Shown here: piece after piece, positions 1 to 13,375 of the stretch
Layout: each line of letters opens with the position of its first letter
How positions within the stretch are numbered: the first letter of the stretch is position 1
The notes under the pieces: model-generated
Seen by the model: the letters and a program-made list of their open reading frames with translations, nothing else
Databases searched by the model: none
Told to the model about the DNA's origin: nothing
Made by a program: the position numbers and the translations under genes
Source of the DNA: Entomortierella parvispora E1425
Lineage: Eukaryota; Fungi; Mortierellomycota
DNA length: 64,000 nucleotides
Direction of reading: 5' to 3'
Assembly: GCA_020891255.1 (NCBI GenBank)
Contig: BQFW01000013.1
Span: 1,860,001-1,924,000 of the forward strand

Positions 1-726
1 CCAGAAAGGCTCCTCGATGGTCTCCTTCAGAGCCTCCTCAGCCGAAGCCGAAGGGGGTGTTGGGGGTCTCTCTTGGATAAAGAATGCAGGGATAATGGCG
101 ACGGTGGACAGGATAGCACAGACCAGGACAGTAGTACTCATGGTATCGCCTGAGGTCGTGATCACTGGGATGATGAGCTGCGCCAGCGCGGCTGCAAACG
201 CGTTCGAGACCGATCCCAACATGGTGGCCGTCGTCCTTCCGTTTTCCGAGAACCAGACGGCAGCATACTTGGGGACCACGCCCAAAAAGTAAGGCTGGGC
301 ACCCGAAGCAATGACCTGACCGACCAGCGTCAGTGCGATGCGACGGCCGCCATGACCAGGGCTCGAATCGATAAAGTCCGCAAAGTACCTCAACCAGGAC
401 CCAATCACCTGGATCACACCTCCAAAGATCAGGGACTTTTTGATGCCGTATTTCTCAAACATCCAGCCAGAGACGGGGGCCATGAGGACGTAACAAATAA
501 AGTAGATGATCGACGTCATGTTCACAGTGTCGGACCCACAGTTCAGGTAGTCTTCTGCATAGGTTGCTACGGACGAGTAGGACAACCAGACAAAGCCTGT
601 AGCAATGTTGAGGAGGACGATGGAGAAGAGTCCAAAGTAGCGGATCTTGTAGGTCTTGTAGACCTTGACGCCACGGTGTGGATCGGCCTCACCAGAGTCG
701 GCCGCGGCAATAGGCTCTGCGGACAT
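1..726 (-). CDS. MFS transporter, FLVCR/SLC49-like; 5' part only, runs off the left edge
   Basis: Open frame from ATG at 726 to the window edge, absent from the ORF track: MSAEPIAAADSGEADPHRGVKVYKTYKIRYFGLFSIVLLNIATGFVWLSYSSVA...GWMFEKYGIKKSLIFGG...GQVIASGAQPYFLGVVPKYAAVWFSENGRTTAT. Multiple TM helices and the YKxYxxR and WF-x-E-x-x-R motifs typical of FLVCR-like carriers. Confidence 0.85.
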   Translation of the reverse strand, partial: MSAEPIAAADSGEADPHRGVKVYKTYKIRYFGLFSIVLLNIATGFVWLSYSSVATYAEDYLNCGSDTVNMTSIIYFICYVLMAPVSGWMFEKYGIKKSLIFGGVIQVIGSWLRYFADFIDSSPGHGGRRIALTLVGQVIASGAQPYFLGVVPKYAAVWFSENGRTTATMLGSVSNAFAAALAQLIIPVITTSGDTMSTTVLVCAILSTVAIIPAFFIQERPPTPPSASAEEALKETIEEPFW

Positions 727-2262
727 TGTGAGAGAAAAGAGGAATAAGGATTGGAAGTCCGAGAGCGATTGAAACGGATTGTGGCACCAGAAAGGAAAGA
801 AGGTGGGAGGAGGACAGGGCGAGAGGAGAGGCGGTGGGAAAGGTAAAGAATGAGAGAAAGAATGAAGGGAAGAAAGAGAAATGGACAGCTAAAGAGGAAT
901 GACTGAAACGATGCAGTCAGTCTAGACCATGAGGCAAGCTGGAAGTGAATGGCCGGGAGGATGGAGGTCGGGGGTTGAAGGCAGGGGGGATGGAGGCAGG
1001 GGAGGAGGACCACAGGGTGGAGAAGGGAAAAGAAAAAGACAAAAGAAAAAAAAAAAAAAAAAAGAAAAAGAGAGCCGAGTTTTCATGAAAGAGGGACAGA
1101 CACAGACCCGAGAGCGGTGAGCACGCGGTCGCGGTCGGGTGTCTTTGCTTTCTCCATTCATTTTTCCTTGGGTTGTCTGCCTGTCTGTCTCCTTGCTACC
1201 TTTTTTTTTTTTTTGAGTTGCTTGCTGCTTGGTTGGAAGGCGCTTGTCCATCGGGGACAGTGTTGTGTTGTGTGTCTTTGCTTGTTGTTTGTGTCTGTGA
1301 GGTCAAGCCCTGTCGGTCTGCTCGCCTATCTGTCCGTCTATTCGTCTGTGCCAACGGACCCCCTCTTCGTCTTCACTTTGTCATAATTTGTGCGGTGGTC
1401 TCCTCCTTCTCTTTCCTTCCTGCACATTGCCACTGCTCCGCTGTTGGTCCTTCTTAGTCGTCTTCATTTAAAGTCACCTGTCGTCTGTCTGCGGGCTCTC
1501 CGTAGTAGTAGTGGGCACCACTACCGCTCCAGCCGTTGTCGTCGTCGTTTGCCTTTTGGCATCCCGCTCATGCCCGCCATGCCCAGCGATGCACACCATA
1601 TCATCATACAAGTACCCACCTGTCGACAGTATGTGGGTCTCCTCTCTTCGTCCTCCGATAGTTTTTTCATATTATGCTCTTGGGGGTGCAAAGTTTAGTG
1701 TATGAAGACCTTTGGTCTTCCTCAATTGCAAGGTTGCACAAGACATCGCGTTGTGCTCGGTTGGGGGGGATAGAGCAAAAATAATCCATCTTGAAAGTGA
1801 CCCCACCAAATGACAAAAACAACAAACAAACCAAACGCAAACTTATGGGTAATTTCTTGATAAGTTCTTCTCTCCCCCTTTCCGTCCTTGGACAAGCAAA
1901 TCAAAACGCAGGCACAACATGTGTTCATCCAGTAGGATTTAGGTCTTTGTTTTTTTTTTTGGAAGAAATATGAAAAGGAATGTAAGCAGAACAAAAAAAA
2001 AATGCCATGTGCGAGGTTAACAACCCCGTTGAGTGATCGTGAATGAGAGGGTGTGTGTATCTGTGTGTATGTGGAGAAATGCAGGAACGAATAAACGGAA
2101 AGGAGGCAACAGGGGAGAAAAAGAAAAAAAAGGAGAAAAGCCCGTAGACAATCAATATTCTTGAATGTGAGCAAGGCAACCTTAATCGCCAGCACAGATG
2201 TTTGGTAGTATTCCTGTTACTCCCCTTTCTCCTTCTCCTCATCCTAGGAAGGCTGCAACCCT

Positions 2263-5007
2263 CTATTCGCTATCCTCGTCATCAGAGCCTCCGACCTCCT
2301 CCAGGTCGTCCTCGTCCATGGACGAGTCATCATCCTCATCCTCGCTCTCAGCATTGGATTTCCTTGATCCCGCTGATGATGCGTTCTTGTCATCCTTCAG
2401 CTCTCGTGCTGCCCGATCCTGACGAGCCTCCTCAATCATCTTGCGCTTGGCCATCACGCTCCGCTTCACACCCTTCCAGTAGGCACCAAGGGGCGTCTTG
2501 TCCTTGTCTTGATGTCTCAAGAATGTGGAAACACCTGCGGCATCGCTTGGTGAGAAATCGGCCTTGTTGCGCTCATTCTCAACAAACCGAGCATTCTGCT
2601 CCAATTTGTCGACCAAACCAGCAAACTGCTTTGTCAACTTGACCAGACTTGACTTCTTGATGAAACGCTTCAACTGGACAATGGCGGGAATCACCAACTC
2701 GGGGAAAGAGATGGATGTGCTGAACAATGCAAAGTACTCGATCATGAGCTCGTACACCTGCTCTCCTGTGCCATCCTGGTAAACGCGCGAGCCCTTGTAA
2801 TCCTTGCTGCACTTGAAACCCAAATCCCACTCCAAGGGCTTCAAAGTTCCCTTGCGACCGGGTCTCTTCATCTCTCCTCCCTCCAAGACCTCGAACAAGA
2901 AGGGTGCCAGGGGAATAAATGTACCAGTGTTCTCGACCACCTGGATCAAGTTGCGGATAATCTGGAAGCGGAGGGGGTAGTAGGTCGAGGTAGGGATCAG
3001 GCGCAATGCTCCCAACGAGACCTGGACCAAGGGGTAAATGAGCGAGTGAAGGGCAGTGGGCTGTCCAGCGTTGTTGAGAGCGTGAGTGGAGACGACCTGG
3101 GCCCAAAGACCCAAGCAGTGAAGGTACTGCCAGTTGTAAACAGCCTTGAACGACTCCTTGGTCTTGACCAAAACAGCGTTACGAAGGTGAATAGCGAGCT
3201 GACGGACATAGACGAATCCATGCTGGTATGAGCGCTCCATATCCAAACCGTAGAGCTGAGCGACACAGTTTTGCATCAAGTGCAAGTGGGGAAGAGTGTG
3301 CATTGTCGTCGTCTTTGCGGAGCGAACAAAAGTGAGGTACACGCCCTTAAGAGCCAAATCCAAGTAGTTGGAACCGAGCTGCAAGCACATTGTACGGATG
3401 GTCAAGAAAGAAATGATACGGACGCGATCGGTACCTGTAGACCACAAGAACAACAAGTGCTATGTGACATAAAAAAAAGAAGAGTCAAAAGTTAGATGGT
3501 TTCAGTAGACTCTACCAGCGGTTCCTGTTTTAAAAGTTATCGGGTCATACCTTCAACAAGTCCTTGGCGATCTTGGGGAATCCAACGAGGTAACGGATAG
3601 CCTTCTCGGACTCGCGCACCACAAAGTAGATCATCTCTTGGTCAGTCAACTCCTTGAGCAAGAACAAGGTGTTCTGAAGGAAAGACTTGATCAAGGGCTG
3701 GAGGGTTGTGTATTTGGATCCAGAGTTGACGGGCTTTGGCTTGCCACCGGAGGTGGTCTGGACGGGCAAGTGGTGATCCAAAGTGGGGATAATATGCTTC
3801 AAACAGGCGACAACAAGCTTGTTGAAGACCACTGGGCTGTTGATCTTGTAGGCGTATGTACGATCATCCTCAGCATCGTGCAAATGAGCACCCGCACGGA
3901 AAGCAAGCAAAAGTCGACGCAAGGCACGAAGAGACTTCTTCTCGATCAAAGCTGTCTGCCAAGTAGCAACCATATCCTTGGTCACCAAAGGAATGCCGTC
4001 CATGGTCTCCTCCACCTCAACCTGAGTCTTCTTGCCCTTCTTCTAATAGTATCCAAATAAAAAAACGAATGTTAACAGGAGTTAAAAAAGGGAGTTGGCC
4101 AATGCTGCTGTGGTAGGTAATAATGTTAAAAGAGTAAGACTCCATACCTTGCTAGAAACATCCTCCATCTCCTCGTCGCTTCCCTCCATATCCTCATCAT
4201 CCTCATCCTCCTCCTCATCATCCTCGTCCTCATCCTCTTCTTCTTCGCTGACCAAGTCCTCCATCTCGCCGTCAAAGGCAAGAAGCTCCTGGTCGTTCTC
4301 TTGCAAGTACTTGTAGAACTCGGGATCCTTCTCCTTCAAAGCGTCCAACTGAATCTTCTTGGCGGCCTCCTCCTTGGCAGCCTGCTTCTGCTTCTCGGCG
4401 GCGGTTTGCTTCTTGGGCTTGGGAGCCTCCATATCTGATCCATCATCCTCCTCAACAATTGTGTCAATGCCGGCGAAATCCTCATTGTCGGATTCTGGCT
4501 CCTCATCATCAGAGTCAAGGTCGTTGTTGAAGAACTCGTCTACGCCCACATCCTTTGACCTGGGAGAAAAAAAGAGGCATGCAATAATGGTATTATGATC
4601 AGTGCTCTGAAGGATGAAAACTGAAGTACTGTCGCCGATCTGCTATGTCCAAACAAAGTGCCGCCGTATGCCCAGGGGTCATGGTATACAGGAGAGGGAA
4701 GGGGAAGAGGGATCAGGGTATGGTGCGGTACAGAGTTGTGGGTGCACTAAAGAAAGGGCGAGGAGAAAAGGGAGGGTTGGAATTACTTTTCATCGCCAGA
4801 GTCGTTCTTTTCGGCATCGTCCTCCTGCATTTCTTCGTTCTCCTCCTCGGCATCATTGTCGTCGCCACCGGTAGCACCACGACCAAACTTTTTGGGATTG
4901 CGCTTCTTGTAAATCTGGGTGGCCTTTTGCTTCTTCCGGCGCTGCTCAATGGCAGTCTTGAGATGGTTCTTTTGGAACTTGATGGTCGCCTTCTTTGCCT
5001 TTGCCAT
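2263..5007 (-). CDS. NOC2: Nucleolar complex protein 2 (multi-exon)
   Basis: N-terminus MAKAKKATIKFQKNHLK; LKEKDPEFYKYLQENDQELL motif; acidic tracts; C-terminal Noc2 domain (YNWQYLHCL...YPLRFQIIRNL...SISFPELVIP). GT-AG introns join ORFs 4783-5007, 4082-4549, 3545-4015 and 2263-3456. Confidence 0.95.
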
Positions 5008-5345
5008 TGTGTGAGTCGAAAGGGAATGGGAAGAAGGGGGGTAATGAGAGTGAATGAGAGCGGGACGAATAACTCTTCAAGTGGGAATGTAGCCCTAGTG
5101 AAGAAAAAAAAAAAAAAGAAAAGAAAAAAATCACAACAAAGAGCCAAGCCACCTGTTTGTCTTTTTTTTTTTTTCTTTTTCTCCTTTCTTCCTGTGGAGA
5201 CTCTATAGGAAACAACAGCTCGCTTGCCTGCAACACCTCCATTACCAAGGGCATTCATCCATCCATCTTTTTGTCACTCTCCATCCTCCATCCATCTTTT
5301 TCACTCGACCCTCCACCTCTCAACCACAGAAGCAACTCTCCCATC
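5008..5345. promoter_or_regulatory. Probable bidirectional promoter between divergent NOC2 and SOF1
   Basis: 338 bp separate the two start codons; the interval holds an A-tract followed by a T-tract. Function inferred from geometry only. Confidence 0.5.
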
Positions 5346-6903
5346 ATGGTTCGTTCACAGAAACATGCTTCAGCTTATTCCAGCCCACGCATGACTTTTA
5401 CTATTTGAATGCATACATGCAACCATTCAAACCATCTAACCATCCGTCGTCCCTGTCCATTTACAGAAAGTAAAGGTCCTCTCTCGCAGTGCTGAGGAGG
5501 CCACTCGCGAACGTTCGAATGATATCCACAAGATCCAGCGTAACCTCGACCCCACCCTCCATCCCTTTGAGAAGGCTCGTGAATACCAGCGTGCCCTCAA
5601 CGCCACCAAAGTCGAGCGCATGTTTGCCAAGCCCTTCATCGGCGCTCTCTCAGGACATGTGGATGGTGTTTACTGCATGGCCAAGCACCCCAAAAAGCTG
5701 GACTGGCTCGTCTCTGGAGGTGGTGATGGCGACTTGAGAATGTGGAGTCTTTCAGAGCAAAAGTCGATTTGGTCCACCGTTGGACACAAGGCAATGATCA
5801 CTGGCGTCTCCAGCTTCTTGAACGGTACTCGCTTCTTGAGTTGCTCTAACGACAGGACAGTCAAGATCTGGGACCCAGAAGAGAACGGAACAGGATCTAC
5901 AACCCCCGTGGCAGTGTACACTGGCAAGAACGCCTTCAGTGGCATCTCACATCATCGATCCGACAACATCTTTGCGACCTCTGGATCTGCCATTGATATC
6001 TGGGACCATGACCGTGCAGAGCCTGTCCAGACTTTGAACTGGGGCGTCGATACCATCAACACTGTCAAGTTCAACCAGACCGAGAAGAACATCATTGCCT
6101 CCACCGGATCCGATCGCACCATCATCCTTTACGATCTCAGAACCTCGCAACCCGTCACAAAGTTGGTCCTCGCCATGAGAACCAACGCCATCGCATGGAA
6201 TCCCATGGAAGCTTTCAACTTTGTGGCAGCAAACGAAGATCACAACGTCTATGCTTTCGATATGCGCAAGATGGACAAGGCACAGAACATTCTCAAGGAC
6301 CATGTGTCTGCTGTGTATGTTTTCCTCTTTTATTTACTTTATTTACGATGAATGGTCGACAATGACTTGTGATCTTTTATACTGACGATCTTTCCCAACT
6401 TCTTGTTCTATGATAGCATGTCTGTCGATTACTCGCCTACAGGAGAGGAGATTGTCACTGGTGGATACGATCGCACTGTGCGCCTGTTCAACGCTCGTCA
6501 GGGACACTCTAGAGACATCTACCACACCAACCGTATGCAGAGAGTGTTCTCTGTTTTGTACACCATGGATAACAAGTATGTCCTGTCAGGCTCCGATGAC
6601 GGCAACGTGCGTTTGTGGAAGGCCCGTGCGTCCGAGAAGATGGGTGTCAAGGATTACAGAGAGAGAGCACATCTGGAGTATGCAGAGAAGCTCAAGGAAA
6701 AGTTCTCGAGCGTACCCGAGATCAGGAGAATCAACCACCATCGCAATGTACCAAAGGCTATCAAATCTGCTACAAAGAAGAAGGCTATTATGATCCAGAG
6801 CCGGAAAGTCAAGGAAGAGAATGTGCGGAAACATACCAAGGCCGAGAACCTCAAGGAGAGGATACCGGAGCGGAAAAAGCCCGTGGTTGGCGTCAAGAAA
6901 TAA
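5346..6903 (+). CDS. SOF1: U3 snoRNP WD40 protein Sof1/DCAF13 (3 exons; first coding exon is the ATG alone)
   Basis: ATG 5346-5348, intron 5349-5466 (gttcgt...ttacag), then KVKVLSR...RNLDPTLHPFEKAREYQRALNATKVERMFAKPF; WD40 repeats; second intron between HVSAV and MSVDYSPTG; Sof1 C-terminus. Confidence 0.95.
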
Positions 6904-7153
6904 GCCAGCTGTGGGAAAAACAGAGAAAGAAAACAAAAAAAAAACAAAAAAGATATACTATTCCCCCCCACTTCATCTCTCTGGCCATTCTTTTTCGCCG
7001 TCAGGCACCGACTTTTTGCATCTATCATCATCCCATCATCATAAACTGTTGCATGCCTCATTTTTTTTAAAAAAAATATGTTTCGAGCGACTTGAATTTA
7101 TTTGGCAAAAAAAAGTTTGCTTGGTATTACAAAAGAGAAGAGCGATCCCTGTT

Positions 7154-10100
7154 TTAAAAATGAGGTGTCGCTCGATTCTGATCTTCGTCGGGTATTGATT
7201 CGTGCTCTGCTGGGTCGCTGCGAGAGATGGATCTATCGCTCTGGTGTAAACTTTGACTCCTGCTGGAGAGACTGGGTCGCGAGTTTGTTTTGGATGGACC
7301 CTGGGGTCGTTTACCAGGGATGCTGCCCACTCCTGTCCCTGAGCTTTCCTGTCTTCTTGGCGCTAAGGACGCAGACGAGGATTGGGGAGTCGGGTCCCGG
7401 AAGGGGTTTCGTCCATGGGCAGACCTTGTGCCGCTGCCCACACTGCTTTCGTCGAAAGCAAACATGTCGCTCCGTTGATCATTTAAAGAGCCGTGGTGGA
7501 TATCGTCCGCAGAGTGCGTTGATACACCATCGTCCGTCAAAAATTGTTGGCTGGGCTGCCGCTGTTGCTGCTGTTGCGTTCTTCTGGATTGATCATCGTT
7601 GGGATGGTATCGGTACTTGCCAGGGGTCACTAGCAAGGGTTTGGAAAAGGACCTTGGTGCGCCAGAAGGATGTTCGTATGGAGCTTCTACATCTGCAGGA
7701 GGTGAGAGCGGCGCATCGCGAGTCGCGCTTGAGGGCTGAAATGTCTGCGGATTCTCGTGTCCTTTCGTCCTAAAGTAGCCTGCACCGGACGATGGATCTC
7801 CTCGGTCTTCATCCACCGTGTATGGAGACAGCGGACCTTCACCAGGCAAATACCCATCTTCTGTGAACCAGGCCTCGAATTCGGCGGCTGGGGTGATGAC
7901 ACCAAACAGATCTTGAGACCAATGGCCCAATCGCTCCAGCTCTCGAATGACATCCTCCATCACGAGCGCGTACGCATAATAAAAGATGTACCGCTCGTCG
8001 CTCTCCTCTGTCAAAACCACCTTGTTCTGGACCACAGGCAATTGTCGAATCTTTTGGATCAGCCGCAACCGAGCTTTGTTCGCTGGGGGCAAATAAGGTG
8101 GCAGAGGCGTCTTCAGCCGCAAAGCCGAGGCAATTGTATAGAAATACAAAAGCACGTTTCCGACCATCTCCCGTCGCTCCTTGTTCACAGGAACAATAAA
8201 ATCCCTTCTGGCACTCTCGAGCCATTGGTCCTTTGTGATCACCAGTCGCATTGACAAGAATCGATCCAGGATGTTTTGACAGCTACCCAGCATGTTCTTG
8301 TAGGTCCCCACTGGGAACTTGCCCTTCAAACGAGGCTCGTTGGGAGTCTCTTCCAAGAGTGCGTAGAGTCGCAAGAGCTGGAGCTGGAGTGATAGCTCGA
8401 TGGCCATAAACTCCCGGTTCATTCGTCCGATATCCATCTCGGTCGAATCCTCCTCTTTGTTATCCAACTCACCGCGTTCTTGGGCACTGGTCTGGAACCG
8501 CTCTTGAAAGGTGGTCTTTCGCAACAAGGCTCGGATGCGCGACCTGGACTGCTGATAGTGGTCTTCTTGTGGTAAGATCGAGACTCGATCCAAGTTGGTA
8601 GAATAAACAGACACAAGTCGGTTGTAAAGCCAGCTCATGTTCAGCAGCAAATCACTGAGTCCCTTACGGAGCTCCACACGAGCCTCGTACGGCCAGATGT
8701 AACTTGTCACACCAACACCAATGACCACGCCTATACTGACTGCAACCGCACGATGGAAGGCAATGGTCCAGACATCAGATATATGAGAGGGGTCGTTTGG
8801 TGCGAGGAGAGAAGATGACCACAATCGCCCTGACAGGCCGTCGTCGTCGTCGTCGTCATCGTCCGGTGGAACGGTGCCATCTCCATGTCTCCGGTTATAG
8901 GTTTGGATCAAGACCAAGTTGAAAGCCAGGAGGGTCACCTGTCCGATTCTTGGGTAACTCGAGCAAAGGACAAGGTAAAAGTTTGGAACTGCGAAAAGGA
9001 AACAGCAAAGCGGCAACATAATCTCATTTGCAGGGAAGAGGAGATATATCGCCACGCCTGCATAACATCCTACGATGGTACCCATGATGCGATAGATGCC
9101 GACCACATTTGTCCCACCCACTGTGGGGACCATGATGATCAACATGGAGATCAAGGCCCACTCGCCTCGGTACTGTACAAAGTAAGGTCGTGTCCAGTCC
9201 ACAAACGCCGGAATCAGAAGGACCACTGCACTCAGCGCTGCCTTCAACGCGTACTTGAACTTGAAGGACCGGAATACATGCAGAAACTTCCAGAGTCGTG
9301 TGGACCATCGCTGTATCGTTGTAGAAGGCGTAGGGGTATGAAGAGTGTTGGTTTTGTTGTGGATATTAGGTTTGGGGAACAACCGTTGTTTACGGCGATG
9401 TCCCCGTCGACTGCTGCTGAGACCATTTGTTGCATCCTGACCAACGGCCGCGTGTGATTGTTGAGTGGGAGTGCTGGGTATGGTCGAAGAATGGGGGCGA
9501 CCATTTGAAGGATAACTATGGGCGTGAGGTGACCTCAGTCCGGCCTCCGCATCTGTGAAAATTAACAAAACTGATGAGTCTCATGCAACAAACAAGGACG
9601 ACTATCCTCAATTGCCAATTTCCGGATCATTACCGGTATCAAAGCTCTCGAATATGTCGCGTTGGGGATTAGGTCTCCGCAAACGGCGCGGGAATCCAGT
9701 GAGAGAGAACCAAATGCGACGCCACCATGGCATTCTGTTTCTTTGGACCCACAAATCAAGTCCTTCGTCGCCATCCACCAAGACTTCGACACAGCTCACT
9801 AGATGCGCTAGCTCCTTTGAAAACTCCATCAGGTTGAATACAAAAAAGTAAACCAAAAAGATCTGCTCTCCCACGGGTGCCTTTTCCGTCAATGCACTCT
9901 CAGCTGCAGCAGGCGCAGTTGGATTGGAGGAGGAAGAACCAGAGAGCAAGGCCTGGAATGACGGCTCGCTCATTCGCTTCACGACAGCTGCCAAGTCAGG
10001 CTGCTGTTGATGCTGCGACCCTGCAGGTCGCTTCAGTATCCCAGACCGTCGCTTGTGCTGTTGAGAGTAAAACTTTTTAAGCGCCTTGGAGTTTGCCGCC

Positions 10101-12819
10101 TCAAAAATATCCAATGCGCGAGCCAGGTTAATCTGCATCAGAATCAGACTTGGATTCTTCTTGAACCCCTCTCCTGTACCGGTTTCTCCTGGTCCGGCAG
10201 CCGAAGTTCGCGACGACCTGTAAGTGCCTCTTGCATCAAAGGTGGAGTCTGAAAAAGCCTCTCCGCTTTCATGATCGCTCTGCCGTTGCACGCCTTTCGG
10301 TCGTTGGGCGCCGTGGATGGAGGATGACGTTTTCGAATCCACGCTTGTGCTTGTAAAGATATCTTGCAGATGCTCGATCGTCAGCTTGCAGGTCAGAGCC
10401 AAGGACTTCATGGGCTTTCCCACGTGGTCCAAAAACTCCATCAAGTCTACACTTGCACTCTGGTCTTGGTCCGAATTAAGACTGCCAAGGAGACTGTACG
10501 ATGACATCCTCATTCCAGCACCCAACGTTCTCTTTCCATTGATGCCAGTCAATCCTGCTTGAGTACCCGCTGCTGGTGTACCATTGGAGGGTCGCGACAT
10601 GGCCTCGTCCTCTTTTCTCCTTTCGTCTTTCTTGAGCATGTCGTATTGTAGTCCACATGAGCTTCGAAGACCATTCAAGTACTGTGCCAGTGTGTTGAGA
10701 GATTTGACACACTCTTCGTACTTTTTGATGTCGGTGCCTGGATACTCAAGCTGGGCCTCCTCCAAGGATTTCGCAAGCGCCGAGAACGATTTCACCTGAG
10801 ATTCGATTAATTTTTGAACCGACTCGGACCCGAAAGGCGACGTATCAGCCTCAAGTAGAAATGTCTTTGTCAGCAACTTGAGCAAGAGTCTGAAAGAGCT
10901 CAGGGATTTGCCCATATCCTGCCTAAATGGTGACAATGAGAAAATAATCAAAACGGAGGGAAACACGAAATGTTAAAAAAAAAAAACTTTTTCTACAAAA
11001 GATCTATCCATGCGGTGGCCTCTTACCTGAGAGTCTCGTGGGCGCTTTCTGGCCAAAGGAAGATGCAAACCAACACCGAAATCACAACACCTAGGAGCAT
11101 CGAGACCGTGATGGCCGCCACACGTGAAATGTTGAATTCTCCTAGCGACAGTGCACCCTCCTTTGTCAAAATGACTAGGATCATAATGTGTGAAAGAATA
11201 CAGGCTAACGTAGGGAGATAAAGATTTTTCACTTATTAGCCACACCTTGTCTGCAAGAACATGCGAAGTGAGCAGCATGTATCATCCACTTGCCTACGTT
11301 CACAGTGGGCCGGTTGTAGTGGGCCTTTGCATAAGCAATAATAAACGTCGAGCCTCCCCCAAATATCACCACACTGACGACGTGACCCCAGATGTAAAGG
11401 TCTCGCTGGTTAAACCAGATCGCGCTCAGCATACTTGCCACCGAGATCACCACTCCGAAAAAAATCGCACACAGTCCTGCAGTCGCGGCATCGACCATCC
11501 TTCCAAGGGACTTTGCGGGGTTAAAGAATACGGCAGAAGAAGCCGCCAAATGGCCCGACGCTCCAATATATGGCTTGAACCATGGCGTGAAGGATATGAG
11601 ACAGGCGAGAAGGTACGCTAGAGACGCCTTGAAGATGCGCTTCTGAGGGATAGTGAGACGTACGCCATCCCATTTCTGCTGAATAGAGTCAACCATGCCA
11701 GAGAACATGCCGCCATTGGGTTGCCGTGGAGGAGAACGACTTCCTCGGGTATAAGATGGAGTTGCGGACTGGTGTGAGTTGCTCTTCCCGAGTAGAGGGG
11801 TTGTTGAATGGGCAAAGCCTGATGATAAAGGAGGAAACGCTGGATCATCCTGCAGCATCCCTGTGTAGCCACCGCCCCAGTGACCGTCTGCCGGTACTCT
11901 GGAGGAATGGACTGGCGTGTCATCTTGCAATCCCAGCAACGGGTTGTGCTCGTTGTCGTCATTGTCAGAACTGGAGCGCTCTCTATCATTCAAAAGTACA
12001 CACGAGTCAATATCTCAGCAATGGAGTCTGAATCCAAACCACGCAACTTTTTTTTTCCCTCTTTTGCAAAGATACTTACTCGTCGTCATCGAGCTCCGGC
12101 TCAGTGGTTAAACTAAAGGTGCGTTGCTTGCGGACACCGTCGTCATAGACCACTTCAAACTCACTGAATCGACTCTCCGGCACGCTGGTGCCACCCATGA
12201 TCCACTGTGCAGAACTGCCGCCGCCTGTCGATCCAAACCCAGGTCGCCATCCATTGTGGCCACGCTGTGGCACGAAATGGACGGCCGAGGACCCTGTTGG
12301 CATAGACGAGTTTGCAGACCAAGAGCCACGATGGCCCTCTTGCGCCCCTGTCTCATGTGCGTGATTTCTGGCTCCTTCGACCGTTTGTGCTGCTTTGAGG
12401 ACATGAGCCAGTGAGCGTGCAGGCGAGGGCGACAAGTCGTGCAGACGACGTCCTGGGGGCTGTTGAGAATCGGGGAAGGAACGGCCCAAGGGTAAGGGCG
12501 AGAAGGAGATGTTGCCACCCCCAGTAGCCGCTGCAGATCCGGTTGGTCCGGCCGATCCCTGGTGTTTTGCCGGGGAAGCGAGGATGGGCAGAGGGACGGC
12601 GGTTCCAACGTTAGCGTTTGTTTTTGTGTTTGTGTTCGTGGAGGACTGGCGTGGGCTGTCGTCCTGGGGCTGGTCGCCCGTTATGGTCGGTGGACAAACA
12701 GCGCTTTCATTGCTCCCAGTTGCATCAGCACTTGTCTGCATGGTTCCATGCAGACTAGAGGTATCGCCCTCATTGCTGGCATTATGGCTGTGCTGTGCTG
12801 TGTCTGACAAATGGGCCAT
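7154..12819 (-). CDS. Large FUSC/aromatic-acid-exporter (ArAE_2, Bre4-like) membrane protein, multi-exon
   Basis: Two hydrophobic modules (RIFKASLAYLLA...FNPAKSLGRMVD; FKYALKAALSAVVLLIPAF...RGEWALISMLIIMVPTVGGT...RIMGTIVG) and C-terminal EPRLKGKFP...ALRLKTPLPPYLP. Start inferred at MAHLSDT (12819). Confidence 0.85.
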
Positions 12820-12834
12820 GAGCGGAATGAGTTG

Positions 12835-12870
<36 letters not shown>

Positions 12871-13375
12871 CAGAAGAGGGGGTGAAAGGTGGGCGATGGA
12901 CAAAACAGGCCTGTGCGCCTCCTTTGTGTTCGGTCGGTCTTCTCAGGAGTGGGTGGATGGATGGACAGAAAAGAAGAGAGGAGAAGGATGCAATTCAGGC
13001 GAAAAAGTACATGTATTCTCACGCGCGATCCTTTTTTTTTTTTTTTTTATTTCTTCGTTAGCGCGTTGAAGGATCATATCAGTCCAGAGCCAGCTCCTGT
13101 GCTCTCACCAACCTCACCAATGGTTGCACAACAGAAAGCGCCATGACGACAAGCGCGTCTGACCTCAATCATGGAGAAGCTCACGCTCGCTCGATTTCTC
13201 GATTACGTCCGTGCTAACGCACAACGCACAAGACAGAAAAAAAGGGGGTGGGGGAGATAGGGCAGGGGTTCGTCTTCACGTAGCCAACCATGGCCGTCCT
13301 TTGCGCATCGTGCCTAGGCCACAAGCATTGTCTTCGTACATCATAGGCTTCGCAATCTTGTCACGCTCATTTATT

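Noticed and set aside
929-1720. Multiple short ORFs upstream of the MFS gene
   Set aside because: Products of purine/pyrimidine tracts and simple repeats in promoter or UTR DNA; no coding signature.
12839-12868. Long homopolymers (A30 here; T29 at 52992-53020; T30 at 59153-59182) as retro-insertion tails
   Set aside because: They recur in UTRs and introns throughout the window without adjacent element bodies or TSDs, so they look like a genome-wide compositional trait.
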